This document shows positions 38,144-47,328 of a DNA stretch of 64,000 nucleotides, piece after piece (the first letter of the stretch is position 1; every line of letters starts with the position of its first letter). A program made the position numbers and the translations under genes. The notes beneath the pieces were generated by a model, which did no database searches, was not told where the DNA came from, and saw only the letters and a program-made list of their open reading frames with translations. This DNA comes from an uncultured Planctomycetales bacterium (GTDB lineage Bacteria; Planctomycetota; Phycisphaerae; UBA1845; JAFGLZ01). Location of the stretch: positions 43,216-107,215 of the forward strand of contig CAZQTW010000003.1 in assembly GCA_964596165.1 (NCBI GenBank). The letters are read 5' to 3'.

Positions 38144-39883
38144 TTACTGTTCATAGAGGGCGGCGATCTGTTGTTCATACGCGGCAAACGCCTCCCGGCG
38201 GCGGATTTTCAGGGTCGGCGTCAACAGGCCACCCTCGACCGTGAAGGGCTCCGGCAACAGGATGAACTTGCGGAGCTGTTCCCAGGACGCCAGGTCTTTC
38301 AAAGCTTCGTCGATATAGTCCTGCATGATGCCGATCAGGATGGGATCTTTGACGGCCTCGGCGGGGGGTTTCTTCTCGAGCCCCATCTGACTGAACAATT
38401 TGTCCACCGCCAGCCATTCCGGAACGATGAGCGCGGATAGGAACTGCCTGCGATCGCCAAATACGGCCACCTGGTTGATCAGAGGAACCTGAGCCAAGGC
38501 CGACTCGACCAATTGGGGCGCGATCTTCTTCCCGGCGCTGTTGACGATGAGGTCTTTCTTTCGGTCGGTAATGACCAGAAACCCATCCTCATCCACATGT
38601 CCGATGTCACCCGTATGGAACCATCCGTCGATGATGACTTCGTCGGTCGCCTCCGGCATTCCCCAGTAACCCTTCATGATGTGGCGGCCTCGGATCAGGA
38701 TCTCGCCGTCGTCGGCGATTTTCGTTTCGGTTTCGGGGATGCCCATGCCCACCGTGCCGGTTCGGTAGCGATCCGAAAGGTTGAAGTGAGAAATGGCCGT
38801 CGTCTCGGTGAGGCCGTATCCTTCAAGTATCAGAACGCCGGCCTGAAGGAACACGTCCGCAATCGTCGTCGGGAGCGGCGCGCCGCCGCTGATCAGGTAC
38901 TGCAGCCGTTCTCCAAACAGGCTCTTCAACTTCCTTCGCTGTTCGTCCTGCGGCAGCATGCTGGTCAGCGCGAACATCTTCTCGAAGATTCTCGGTACGG
39001 CGGTCATCACGGTGGGTTGGATGTCCGCGATCCTCTGAATGAGGACCTCGTGCCCTTCGGCCATGCCGACCTTGCAGGCACCGACCATCATCGCCGTGAA
39101 ATGATCGGCCATACGTCCGAAGCCGTGACTGAGCGGCAGCCAACTGAGCATGACCTCGTTCTCGCGCATTCCGATGAACGCGCGGATGCGGTCGCAGAGG
39201 AAGAGGATGTTGTCATGGGTCAGCATGACCCCTTTGGGGACCCCGGTGGTCCCGCTGGTGTAGATGATGGTGGCGAGATCTTGCCGGGCGACGTCCTGTT
39301 CGCGCCGGCGTTGCTCGGCGGCCACCGTGGGCGAAGACCGAAGTCCTTTTTGGACCACATCGGCGTACAGGAAGACCTCCTGCTTGCCCGGCCACCGGAT
39401 CGGTTCAAAGGAGATGATTCGTTCAACACGATCCAGGTGATTGACCTGTGAGGCCAACTTCTGTGCTTGCTGTGCGTTTGAAACAAACACCGTCTTGGAC
39501 TTTGAGTCGTTGATTTCGTGGCAGGCCTGTGCTCCGGTCAGAGGCGCATGGAGCGGCACCACGACGCCTCCGGCCGCCAAAACGGCAATGTCGGTCACGC
39601 GCCACTCGTAGCGGTTCTCGCTGAAGATGGCGGTGTGCTCTGCTCTCGCAACGCCGATCTCGACCAGGCCGCGAGCCAAGGCGGTCACATCGTTCAGAAA
39701 ACGACCCCACGACACGTCCTGGTAGTTCGTTCCGTCGTGCACAACCCAGAGGCAGTCGGATTCTCGCCCGACGGCCTGCCGACGGACCATCGTCGGCAGA
39801 TTGGGATCTTCATCGTTGAAGGGAAGAACCTGAATGACTCCCAGACGTTCTCGCGGCAGCGGTTGTGTTTCGCCCATGGCCAC
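38144..39883 (-). CDS. fadD: Long-chain fatty acid-CoA ligase (AMP-dependent synthetase), copy 1
   Basis: The AMP-binding motif is IIYTSGTTGVPKGVMLTHDN. GYGLTET and the C-terminal TPTLKIRR are present. GGAGG lies 9 nt upstream of the ATG. Confidence 0.88.
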   Translation of the reverse strand: MAMGETQPLPRERLGVIQVLPFNDEDPNLPTMVRRQAVGRESDCLWVVHDGTNYQDVSWGRFLNDVTALARGLVEIGVARAEHTAIFSENRYEWRVTDIAVLAAGGVVVPLHAPLTGAQACHEINDSKSKTVFVSNAQQAQKLASQVNHLDRVERIISFEPIRWPGKQEVFLYADVVQKGLRSSPTVAAEQRRREQDVARQDLATIIYTSGTTGVPKGVMLTHDNILFLCDRIRAFIGMRENEVMLSWLPLSHGFGRMADHFTAMMVGACKVGMAEGHEVLIQRIADIQPTVMTAVPRIFEKMFALTSMLPQDEQRRKLKSLFGERLQYLISGGAPLPTTIADVFLQAGVLILEGYGLTETTAISHFNLSDRYRTGTVGMGIPETETKIADDGEILIRGRHIMKGYWGMPEATDEVIIDGWFHTGDIGHVDEDGFLVITDRKKDLIVNSAGKKIAPQLVESALAQVPLINQVAVFGDRRQFLSALIVPEWLAVDKLFSQMGLEKKPPAEAVKDPILIGIMQDYIDEALKDLASWEQLRKFILLPEPFTVEGGLLTPTLKIRRREAFAAYEQQIAALYEQ

Positions 39884-39997
39884 GGCCCTCCGTTCCTAAG
39901 CAGGAAAAGCGTTGACTCACCATGTCCGGACGCGTACTTCTGGGTCCGGCGGGAGAGGGATGGTTGCGGAATCCGTCCAAACAGGATGGCCTTGCAG

Positions 39998-41728
39998 CTA
40001 TTCCACGTATAGTGCGTCGATCTCCGACTTGTAACGCTCCAATGCCTGTCGACGACGAATCTTCAGCGTCGGGGTCAGTAGACCATCCTCGATGGTGAAG
40101 GGTTCGGGCAACAGGATGAACTTGCGAACCTGTTCCCACGGGGCCAGGTCTTTCAACGCCTCGCCGATATACGCCTGGAAGACCTCGATCAACGTGGGGT
40201 CATGAACGGCCTCGGCTGGCGGCTTCTTCTCCAGCCCCATCTGACTGAACAGTTTGTCCACGGCCAACCACTCCGGGACGATCAAGGCAGAGAGGAACTG
40301 CCGATGATCGCCGATGACGATGACCTGGCTGATCAGGGGGACTTGCGCCAGTGTGGATTCGATCAATTGCGGCGCGATGTTTTTTCCGGCGCTGTTCACG
40401 ATCAGGTCCTTCTTGCGGTCGGTGAGGACGACAAAGCCGTCGGGATCGATCTTTCCGATGTCGCCGGTGTGAAACCAGTCACCCTCCATAACCTCGGCTG
40501 TTGCCTCCGGCATTTTCCAGTAGCCCGTCATGAGATGCCGGCCGCGGATGAGGATCTCGCCGTCGTCGGCAATCTTGACGTCGACCTCGGGTGCGGGGGT
40601 TCCCACCGTGCCTGTCCGATAACGGTGTGGATGATTGAAGGTCGATATGGCCGCCGTTTCGGTCAGGCCAAACCCTTCCAAGATCAGGATTCCCGCGTTC
40701 AAGAATGCCTCGGCAATCACGCCGGGGAGCGGCGCGCCGCCGCTCATGAGATACCGTAGTCGTTCCCCGAACAGGCTTTTCAGCTTCTTTCCCTGTTCAT
40801 CGGGAGGCAGCATGCTGGTGAGTGCAAAGAGCTTCTCGAAGATCCGCGGAACCGCCGTCATGATCGTCGGCTGAACCTGAGCGATCCGCTTGATCAAGAC
40901 CTCGTGGCTCTCGGCCAGGGCGACCCGACATCCGGCCATCAGACACGTGAAGTGGTCGGCCATGCGCCCGAAACTGTGGCTGAGGGGCAGCCAACTCAGG
41001 AGGACCTCATCCTCGTGCATGCCGATCGTGGCCCTGACACGGTCGCATATGAACAGGATGCTGTCGTGCGTCAACATGGCGCCCTTGGGCACCCCTGTGG
41101 TTCCGCTCGTGTAGATGATGGTAGCCAAGTCGTGTCGCGTACGGGCCTTCTCCCGTCGAGTTTGCTCGTCGACAACCTTAGACGGCGCCTTTGCGCCGCG
41201 CCGGATAAGATCGGGGTACGGAATGACGGGCTGTCTTCCGGCCCACCTGACGGAATCGAAGGCGATAATGTGTTCGACCCCCTCGAGGCGATCGGCGACC
41301 GGGGCGAACTTGTCCGCCTGTTGATCGCCCGAAATGATCAGCACCTTCGATTCCGAGTCGACGACCTCGTGACGGGCCTGGGGACCGGTCAAGGCGGCGT
41401 GGAGCGGCACGGACACGCACCCGGCGAAGAGGATTGCCAGATCGGCCACGCGCCATTCATAACGATTTTCACTGCTCAGCGCAATTGTCTCGCCGGGGCG
41501 GATGCCCAGCTCGACCAATCCGCGGGCCATGTGGACGACATCCGCCAGATAACGTTCCCAACTGACTTCCTGGATTCCGCTGTCCGTCGGGAGGAGGAAC
41601 AGGGTTCTCGGTCCGTATTGGGCCGTCTGGCGACGAAGCATGGTCGGCAGATTCGGGTCGTCGTCTCGAAACGGAAGGTACGATATGGTTCCGATACGCT
41701 CGCGCGGTATTGGCATAGTCTTGCCCAT
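39998..41728 (-). CDS. fadD: Long-chain fatty acid-CoA ligase (AMP-dependent synthetase), copy 2, tandem paralog
   Basis: IIYTSGTTGVPKGAMLTHDS, GFGLTET and TPTLKIRR are present. It is collinear with copy 1. Start set at ATG 41728 (MGKTMPIPRERIG, parallel to MAMGETQPLPRERLG of copy 1). Confidence 0.88.
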   Translation of the reverse strand: MGKTMPIPRERIGTISYLPFRDDDPNLPTMLRRQTAQYGPRTLFLLPTDSGIQEVSWERYLADVVHMARGLVELGIRPGETIALSSENRYEWRVADLAILFAGCVSVPLHAALTGPQARHEVVDSESKVLIISGDQQADKFAPVADRLEGVEHIIAFDSVRWAGRQPVIPYPDLIRRGAKAPSKVVDEQTRREKARTRHDLATIIYTSGTTGVPKGAMLTHDSILFICDRVRATIGMHEDEVLLSWLPLSHSFGRMADHFTCLMAGCRVALAESHEVLIKRIAQVQPTIMTAVPRIFEKLFALTSMLPPDEQGKKLKSLFGERLRYLMSGGAPLPGVIAEAFLNAGILILEGFGLTETAAISTFNHPHRYRTGTVGTPAPEVDVKIADDGEILIRGRHLMTGYWKMPEATAEVMEGDWFHTGDIGKIDPDGFVVLTDRKKDLIVNSAGKNIAPQLIESTLAQVPLISQVIVIGDHRQFLSALIVPEWLAVDKLFSQMGLEKKPPAEAVHDPTLIEVFQAYIGEALKDLAPWEQVRKFILLPEPFTIEDGLLTPTLKIRRRQALERYKSEIDALYVE

Positions 41729-41850
41729 GTGGCTCGCACGCCGGTTGTGGAGATGAACCGTCCCCCGAGTCCTCACACAGGAATCGAGCAGTCGGTCTTG
41801 TCCCGACTCTGTTGACCCGTGCCGGCGAGACACTCAAGCAAAGCGTCGGC

Positions 41851-43008
41851 TCAGCAGGCTTCCACGATGGTCGTTTCGCCCATGCCGCCGCCGACGCACA
41901 GCGTCGCCAGCCCCAATTTCTTCTTTTCCTGTTCCATGCGGTGGATCAGCGTCACCATGATCCGGGCGCCGCTGCATCCGAGCGCATGTCCCAGGGCGAT
42001 GGCCCCGCCGCGTGTATTCACCTTGTCGGGATCGAAACCGGTCAGACGAAGCACCGCTATGCTTTGGGCCGCGAAGGCCTCATTCAGCTCGATCGCGTCG
42101 ATGTCGTCGAGGCTCAGGCCGGCACGCTCGAGCGCCTTGGGAGTCGAGCGGCTGGGTCCGATGCCCATCTCACACGGTTCGCAGCCGGCGACCGCCATCG
42201 ACCGGATCTTCACCTTCGGCTTGAGGCCGAGTTGTTTGGCCCTTTCCTCGGACATCATCAGCAGGGCGGCCGCCCCGACGGTCAGCGGAGAGCTGTTGCC
42301 GGGGGTTACCACGCCGCCTTTGGGGTTGAATGCGGGCGGCAGCTTGGCCAAGGCCTCGAGGGTCGTATCGGGCCGAATCGTCTGGTCTACCGTGAACAGT
42401 TGTCGGCGGCCTTTGTCATCAAGTCCCCAGGTGGGCAGGACTTCGTCCTTGAACAAGCCCTTCTGTGTGGCCTCATGGGCCTTCATGTGCGACCGGTAAG
42501 CGAATTCGTCCTGCTCTTCGCGGGTGATGAAGTACTTCATGGCCACGTACTCGGCCGTGATGCCCATGGCCATCGCCGCACGGAAGTTCTTATAACCCAT
42601 GCGAGGACTGGGGTTCACGTCCTTGTCCATCGGATAGTGGTGCATGTGCTCAACGCCGCCGACGATGTGCACATCCTCGCAGCCGGTCATGATCGCCCGG
42701 GCCGCGGAGTTGATGGCCAGCAGGCCCGACGCGCACAGTCGGTTCACCGTGGCGGCGGACGACTCCACCGGAATGCCCGCGATCAAAGCGGCCGTTCGGG
42801 CCACGTTGAAGCCCTGCTCGCTCTGCTGTTGCACGCAACCGAAGTAGATGTCTTCCACAATGGCCGGGTCGATCCCCGTCTTATCGATGATTCCCTTCAT
42901 GACATGGGCGGCCAGGTCATCCGCCCGAACGTTTCGGTAGTACCCGGTATCCGCCTTCGCCGTTGCGACAGGCGTCCGAACTCCATCGATGATTACCGCA
43001 GTTTTCAC
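41851..43008 (-). CDS. fadA: Acetyl-CoA C-acyltransferase (3-ketoacyl-CoA thiolase)
   Basis: The active-site Cys is in NRLCASGLLAINSAA. The C-terminal motifs are GGAIALGHALGCSGARI and CVGGGMG. Start set at GTG 43008 (VKTAVIIDGVRTP), preceded by GGAGG with a 7-nt spacer. The track ORF adds 35 unlikely codons. Confidence 0.9.
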   Translation of the reverse strand: MKTAVIIDGVRTPVATAKADTGYYRNVRADDLAAHVMKGIIDKTGIDPAIVEDIYFGCVQQQSEQGFNVARTAALIAGIPVESSAATVNRLCASGLLAINSAARAIMTGCEDVHIVGGVEHMHHYPMDKDVNPSPRMGYKNFRAAMAMGITAEYVAMKYFITREEQDEFAYRSHMKAHEATQKGLFKDEVLPTWGLDDKGRRQLFTVDQTIRPDTTLEALAKLPPAFNPKGGVVTPGNSSPLTVGAAALLMMSEERAKQLGLKPKVKIRSMAVAGCEPCEMGIGPSRSTPKALERAGLSLDDIDAIELNEAFAAQSIAVLRLTGFDPDKVNTRGGAIALGHALGCSGARIMVTLIHRMEQEKKKLGLATLCVGGGMGETTIVEAC

Positions 43009-43113
43009 GTTATGGCCTCCTACGGCTGCCTCGGATCCGCCAGAAAGCGCCCCGGTCCCGTCGGCCCGCGTCTGCCCGACCCGGGCCGCCCGTGGGGCGG
43101 GGCGATCGATCAC

Positions 43114-45273
43114 CTAGTACTTGTAGAACGTCTTGTTCGACTTCGCCATGTCCTTGAGCATCGCCGGGCACGCGAACCGTTTGCCGAGCGGCTCCAACTT
43201 CGCGAGTTTGTCGACCAGCTTGGCGGCTCCCACCGAGTCGGCCCAGCGGAGTAGCCCACCTCGGAAGGGCGGGAACCCGATGCCGAAGATCAAGCCGAAG
43301 TCGACGTCCTCATACTTGCGGACGATGCCCTCTTCCAGGATTCGAACCGCCTCGGCCAGCATCGAGAGGAACAACCGGTCCAGGATCGTCTCATCGTCGG
43401 AGGGCTTGCCCTTGCGACCGATCTGTTCGACGAGCTCGTTGACCAGCGGATTGGGCTTGCCGCCGCCCTTCTTCTTCTTGGGGTCGTAGATGAAGAAGCC
43501 CGTACCCGACTTCTGGCCCAGCATGCCCTTCTCCACCAGTTTCGGGATCAGTTGAGCCGGACAGGACCGGTCCTTGAAGGCCTCGGCCAGAATGGTTCCG
43601 GCCGAGTTGCCCACATCCAGGCCGACCATGTCGGCCAGCGTGATCGGACCCATCGGCATGCCGAACTTGGTGACCACTTTGTCCACCTGCTGCATGTCGG
43701 TGCCTTCTTCCACCAGGAGCACCGCCTCGTTCATGTACGGCAGCAAGGCTCGGTTCACGAGAAAGCCGGGGCAGTCATTGACGACGATGGGCTTCTTGCC
43801 GATCGCTTTCGCCTGAGCCACCACGGTCGCCACCGTCTCGTCCGATGTCTTCTTGCCGCGAATGATCTCGACGAGCTGCATCCGGTCGACCGGGCTGAAG
43901 AAGTGCATTCCGATGAACTTGTCGGGACGTTTGAGGCCTTCGGCCATCGACGTGATCGAAATCGTCGAGGTATTCGAAGCGATGATGGTGTCCGGGCCGA
44001 CGATGCCCTCCATTTCCTTGAAGGTGGCGACCTTGAGGTCCTTCTTCTCCGGGATGGCCTCGATGATAAAGTCGCAATCCTTCATCGAGGTCTTGTCGGT
44101 CGTCGTGCGGACCCTGGCCAGACACTCGGCCATCTCGGACACGCTCATCCGGCCGATCTTGATCCGTCCCTCCATCGGCTCGCGGATGCTCTTCATGTCT
44201 TTCGCGAGCAGATCGTCGTTCAAGTCGTACATCGTGGTGTTGAAGTTCTTGCGGACATGGGCAAAGGTGATGCCGCTGCCCATCAGTCCGCCGCCGAGCA
44301 CGCCGACGCGCTTGGGCGTCTTCGGCTTAATCGAGGGGTCGGCCACGCCCGTGTCCTTGCGGACGGCCGTGTCCATGAAGAAGATGGCCACCAAGGCCCG
44401 GTTGATCGGGCTGCCGATCAGCTTAACGACCTTGTCGATTTCCTGCTTCAGGCCTTCCTGCAGGGGCAGATTGCAACCGTCGCGCATCGAATCGAGCGCG
44501 GCGATCGGCGCCGGATAGTGCCCCTTCGTTTGGCCAAGCAGGAAGCCGCGGAAGACCTCGAAATCGAACATCATGTTGTCGTCGCTCAGCCCCATGGGCT
44601 GTTCGCGGCGTTCGCGTTCCTTCTTCCAGTCGCCCAACTCGTGCGCGAGATTGATGCAGCGGACTGCTTCTTCGAGCAGCATCTCGGCCGGGACCACTTC
44701 CCATGCCAGGCCGATGTCCACCGCCCGCTCGGCCTTGATGCTCTCGCCGCCGCAGTTCATCTCGAGCGCCATGTCGATCCCGACCAGCCGAGGCAATCGC
44801 TGCGTGCCGCCCCATCCGGGGATGATGCCGATCTTGATCTCGGGCGCGCCGAGCTCGGTCCGAGGGCTGTTCGACACAATGCGATAGTCCATCGCCATGG
44901 CGCACTCGAGACCGCCGCCGATGCACATTCCGTCGATGGCCGCAACGGTTGGGAACGGCAGCCGCGTGATCCGCGTAAACAAGTTGTGACCACGCTCGAT
45001 GATCTTTCGGGCCATGTCCTTGCTTGCGGCAAGCGCGTCGATCATCTCCTTCAGATCGGCGCCGGCGATGAAGTTGCCTTCCTTGCCGCTGCGGAGGATC
45101 GCCCCGCGGACGTCCGACTGTTTTTCAAGCCACTCGACTTGGGCCTCGAGTTCTCCCAGGTTCGACTGGTTGAAGGTATTGACGGGCATCCCCGGTGTGT
45201 CGAAAGTGAGGACGACAATCTTGTCGCTTCTGACTTCCCGAGTTATTGCTTGACCGCTCGTAGAGGTAGACAT
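43114..45273 (-). CDS. fadB: Fatty-acid oxidation complex alpha subunit (enoyl-CoA hydratase / 3-hydroxyacyl-CoA dehydrogenase, FadB/FadJ-like)
   Basis: The N-terminus is a crotonase fold (ILRSGKEGNFIAGADLKEM). The central NAD-binding motif is VGVLGGGLMGSGIT. About 720 aa. ATG 45273 is preceded by AGGAGG. Confidence 0.9.
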   Translation of the reverse strand: MSTSTSGQAITREVRSDKIVVLTFDTPGMPVNTFNQSNLGELEAQVEWLEKQSDVRGAILRSGKEGNFIAGADLKEMIDALAASKDMARKIIERGHNLFTRITRLPFPTVAAIDGMCIGGGLECAMAMDYRIVSNSPRTELGAPEIKIGIIPGWGGTQRLPRLVGIDMALEMNCGGESIKAERAVDIGLAWEVVPAEMLLEEAVRCINLAHELGDWKKERERREQPMGLSDDNMMFDFEVFRGFLLGQTKGHYPAPIAALDSMRDGCNLPLQEGLKQEIDKVVKLIGSPINRALVAIFFMDTAVRKDTGVADPSIKPKTPKRVGVLGGGLMGSGITFAHVRKNFNTTMYDLNDDLLAKDMKSIREPMEGRIKIGRMSVSEMAECLARVRTTTDKTSMKDCDFIIEAIPEKKDLKVATFKEMEGIVGPDTIIASNTSTISITSMAEGLKRPDKFIGMHFFSPVDRMQLVEIIRGKKTSDETVATVVAQAKAIGKKPIVVNDCPGFLVNRALLPYMNEAVLLVEEGTDMQQVDKVVTKFGMPMGPITLADMVGLDVGNSAGTILAEAFKDRSCPAQLIPKLVEKGMLGQKSGTGFFIYDPKKKKGGGKPNPLVNELVEQIGRKGKPSDDETILDRLFLSMLAEAVRILEEGIVRKYEDVDFGLIFGIGFPPFRGGLLRWADSVGAAKLVDKLAKLEPLGKRFACPAMLKDMAKSNKTFYKY

Positions 45274-45360
45274 CGTACCTCCTTTCAAATTGAACGACAG
45301 GACTTGCGAAATGAATACCCGTTGAACCGGGCCCTTCAGCCCGGTCACCAGAGGCCGCAG

Positions 45361-45389
45361 ATTATAAGTGCCCGCGTGGCCGTCCGCAA
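45361..45389 (-). promoter_or_regulatory. Sigma70-type promoter candidate for the fad operon
   Basis: The minus strand reads TTGCGG-N17-TATAAT, a perfect -10, with a T-rich tract upstream of the -35. It lies about 80 nt upstream of the fadB-like ATG. A 7-bp hairpin ACCGGGC/GCCCGGT sits in the predicted 5' UTR. Confidence 0.4.
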
Positions 45390-45853
45390 GAAAAAAGGTT
45401 GGCAAGCACTAACGAAGCGACAATCAAGGCGCCTTGCGCTTTCCGACATGGCAAATCGCATTTTAGATGGCAGTTTGCCCGGATGAATCGAGGGCCTGTC
45501 GTGAGATTGGGCTATTGGGCGGCAGCGGGGGAGAGCTCGAACAACCGGGTATGGGGACTTGGGACTGGTTTCTGGGAAACGGTCTCGGCCGGAATCCGTG
45601 ACAGTCGCGGCCATGTTGCACGGCGGCCGATGAAGCCAGAAGCAATCCCGTCAGGCCTGAGGCCGGCAAGATCCGAGATGATGGCTTCAGCGGATGCTTT
45701 CCCACGGGTATGATGTGTCTTGCCGGAGAACCGAGCCAGGGGTGCATGTCGCCGTAGCGGGGCAGGGAATGAGCCGGGACGTGTGGCGACGCAAGGCGCT
45801 CCGAATTTCGTGCCGAGCCGGCAAACGTTGGCATTAGGTCGGTAGTTTGTACG

Positions 45854-46258
45854 GTGAGTGCGGGACCGGACCAGAGCGATGAATCGTCGGTTACGCCGAC
45901 GAGCCCGACTCCGATGACTCCCGTCGGATCGGGAATGCGGTTCGTCGGCGTGCGCTATCCCAACGCGTACGTATGGTACGTCTTCCTCGCCGCGCTTGAT
46001 ATCATGCTGACGTGGACTGTCCTGCATTATGGCGGATGGGAAGTCAACACCCTGGCCGACTGGGTCATTGAACACTGGGATCTGCCGGGGCTTGCGCTCT
46101 ACAAGTTCACGCTCGTGATGATCGTCATCGGCGTGTGCGAGATCGTCGGCCGTCGCAATGATCCTCTGGGTCGCAGGCTTTCTGAATGGGCGGTGGCGAT
46201 CACGGCGATTCCCGTCGTCCTCGCGCTATTACAACTGCTTATGGGCGTCCACTGTTAA
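45854..46258 (+). CDS. Small integral membrane protein, 3-4 TM, unknown function
   Basis: Hydrophobic segments YVWYVFLAALDIMLTWTVL, LALYKFTLVMIVIGVCEIV and WAVAITAIPVVLALLQLL are present, with GC-rich third positions. The start is uncertain: GTG 45854, or internal ATGs 20 or 27 codons downstream. Confidence 0.5.
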   Translation: MSAGPDQSDESSVTPTSPTPMTPVGSGMRFVGVRYPNAYVWYVFLAALDIMLTWTVLHYGGWEVNTLADWVIEHWDLPGLALYKFTLVMIVIGVCEIVGRRNDPLGRRLSEWAVAITAIPVVLALLQLLMGVHC

Positions 46259-46687
46259 AGGCCGAGCGTGGGCATCGGACATCTTCTCGACCGAAGGGCC
46301 GTTCGCCGGCCACGCGGGTGTCAAGTTGCCTAAGGTATAGACCCGAGGCCAGCCAGGGTTTCGCAAACCCTTGAGGTACCTGCCTCCACGATTGCTGCAC
46401 CTATCGAGCGTATCAGTCGTCGCGAAAAGTGGTTACGCGTCTCTCCTCTGGGCGACCAAGGGCTGTCGGCTTGCCGAACCCACGGTGATTGAAGGCCACA
46501 GGACCCATGTTCTCGCCGGGTAGGTCACATTCCAACAATTGGGTAAGTTAGGCTTTCTTAGTTTCGGAACACCAGATCAAGTGTGTTTCGGGGGGCGGAA
46601 ACCCAACGGATTGTTGTGCTGCTTGGCTGATCCGATAATACCGATTGCCTGATTGAAAAAACCTATCCACTCGGTCCAGATTCGTGG

Positions 46688-46715
46688 TTGCTGTCCGATA
46701 ATCGTGTGGTATATA
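46688..46715 (+). promoter_or_regulatory. Extended -10 promoter candidate
   Basis: TTGCTG (46688-93), a 16-nt spacer, then TGg-TATATA (TG at 46707-08, hexamer 46710-15). It is embedded in the most AT-rich stretch of the window. CCGATAAT occurs at 46632 and again inside the spacer at 46695. Confidence 0.35.
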
Positions 46716-46721
46716 TCAGTG

Positions 46722-47328
46722 TGAGGAAGAGTCGTGCAGAGGTGAATCAGGAGATAGGAAAGCATTTCCCAAGTGCGGCTGCGTCAACCAGGGAAGGTTG
46801 AATGACCGAGCTGGTTACGGGCGCAGAAGAGCCCTCTCTAACATAACTCGACGGGTGAAATGAAGTGCGGTAGGCGGTGGGGCCCGTCCGAGTAGCAAAC
46901 GCAAAACGAGGACACGTCGGATGACCATTGGGATGAAGGGTGTATCCGACGAGTAGCGGTGGCAGCGGAAACCGTGTGTCAAGGCATCGGAGGCCAGGGA
47001 ATGGCTTCCGTGGGCAGAGGCGTACCTCATGATCTCAAGTTTGTACCAAAACATAGGGTCGACATACGCGATGGCCACGGATGGCCGCCGAGGTATGCTC
47101 CCGACCGGATTGGGCATCGGCGCAATCGTCTGGCAAGGAGGCCAGGTGAACGCCGGCGTCGGGCGCAGCGGGCAAATGCACCCGAGCGTGCAGATCCCGA
47201 GGGATTGTGCTCTGAGCGTGCATCCGGTCCGGTCAACTGAGGTGGCTCGGTTAGAGACTAGGCCCAAGTCGCCTCGGACAGACCAGCAACGATGAAGAAC
47301 GGATGCTTCATCGTTGCGGTATCTTTTT
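46722..47328 (+). ncRNA. Candidate ~0.6 kb non-coding transcript of unknown class
   Basis: It is bounded by the promoter candidate and the terminator below. No ORF here has host-like codon bias or a plausible protein sequence. Several perfect local helices are present, for example 46915-22/46944-51 (CGTCGGAT/ATCCGACG), 46989-96/47002-09 with a GGGAA loop, and 47130-34/47141-45. The ends are predicted, not measured. Confidence 0.35.
47286..47328 (+). terminator. Rho-independent terminator candidate
   Basis: A perfect 12-bp stem GCAACGATGAAG / CTTCATCGTTGC with an 8-nt loop (47286-47317) is followed by GGTATCTTTTTA. The T5 run starts 6 nt after the stem. A T-run follows on the plus strand only. 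Confidence 0.5.

Noticed and set aside
45631-45689. SRP (4.5S) RNA-like hairpin, GTCAGGCCTGAGGCCGGCAAG versus GUCAGGUCCGGAAGGAAGCAGCC
   Set aside because: The loop is UGAG, not GGAA/GNRA. The conserved symmetric-loop nucleotides (AGCA/GGAA) are not reproduced. The resemblance is superficial.
46355-46371. Hairpin AGGGTTT-cgc-AAACCCT after the small membrane-protein gene as a terminator
   Set aside because: It has only a 3-nt loop and no U-tract follows on either strand. It lies about 100 nt past the stop. It may be structural, but it is not a convincing intrinsic terminator.
46577-47267. Small ORFs inside the island: 46577..46765 (minus, 62 aa), 46815..47267 (minus, 150 aa), 46959..47240 and 47029..47295 (plus)
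   Set aside because: The sequences are not protein-like (Cys/Pro/Arg-rich or low complexity) and there is no SD. The 62-aa ORF has only about 50% GC3, unlike host genes. The ORFs overlap one another in several frames, as expected by chance in GC-rich non-coding DNA.
46719-47285. ORF-less group II intron, because the sequence begins GTGTG near the predicted 5' end
   Set aside because: No domain V-like 34-nt hairpin with an AGC triad, 3'-strand bulge and GNRA loop is present. The nearest candidate, GAGCGTGCAGATCC-CGAG-GGATTGTGCTC at ~47184-47212, has the wrong asymmetry. No domain VI bulged A or reverse-transcriptase ORF is present.
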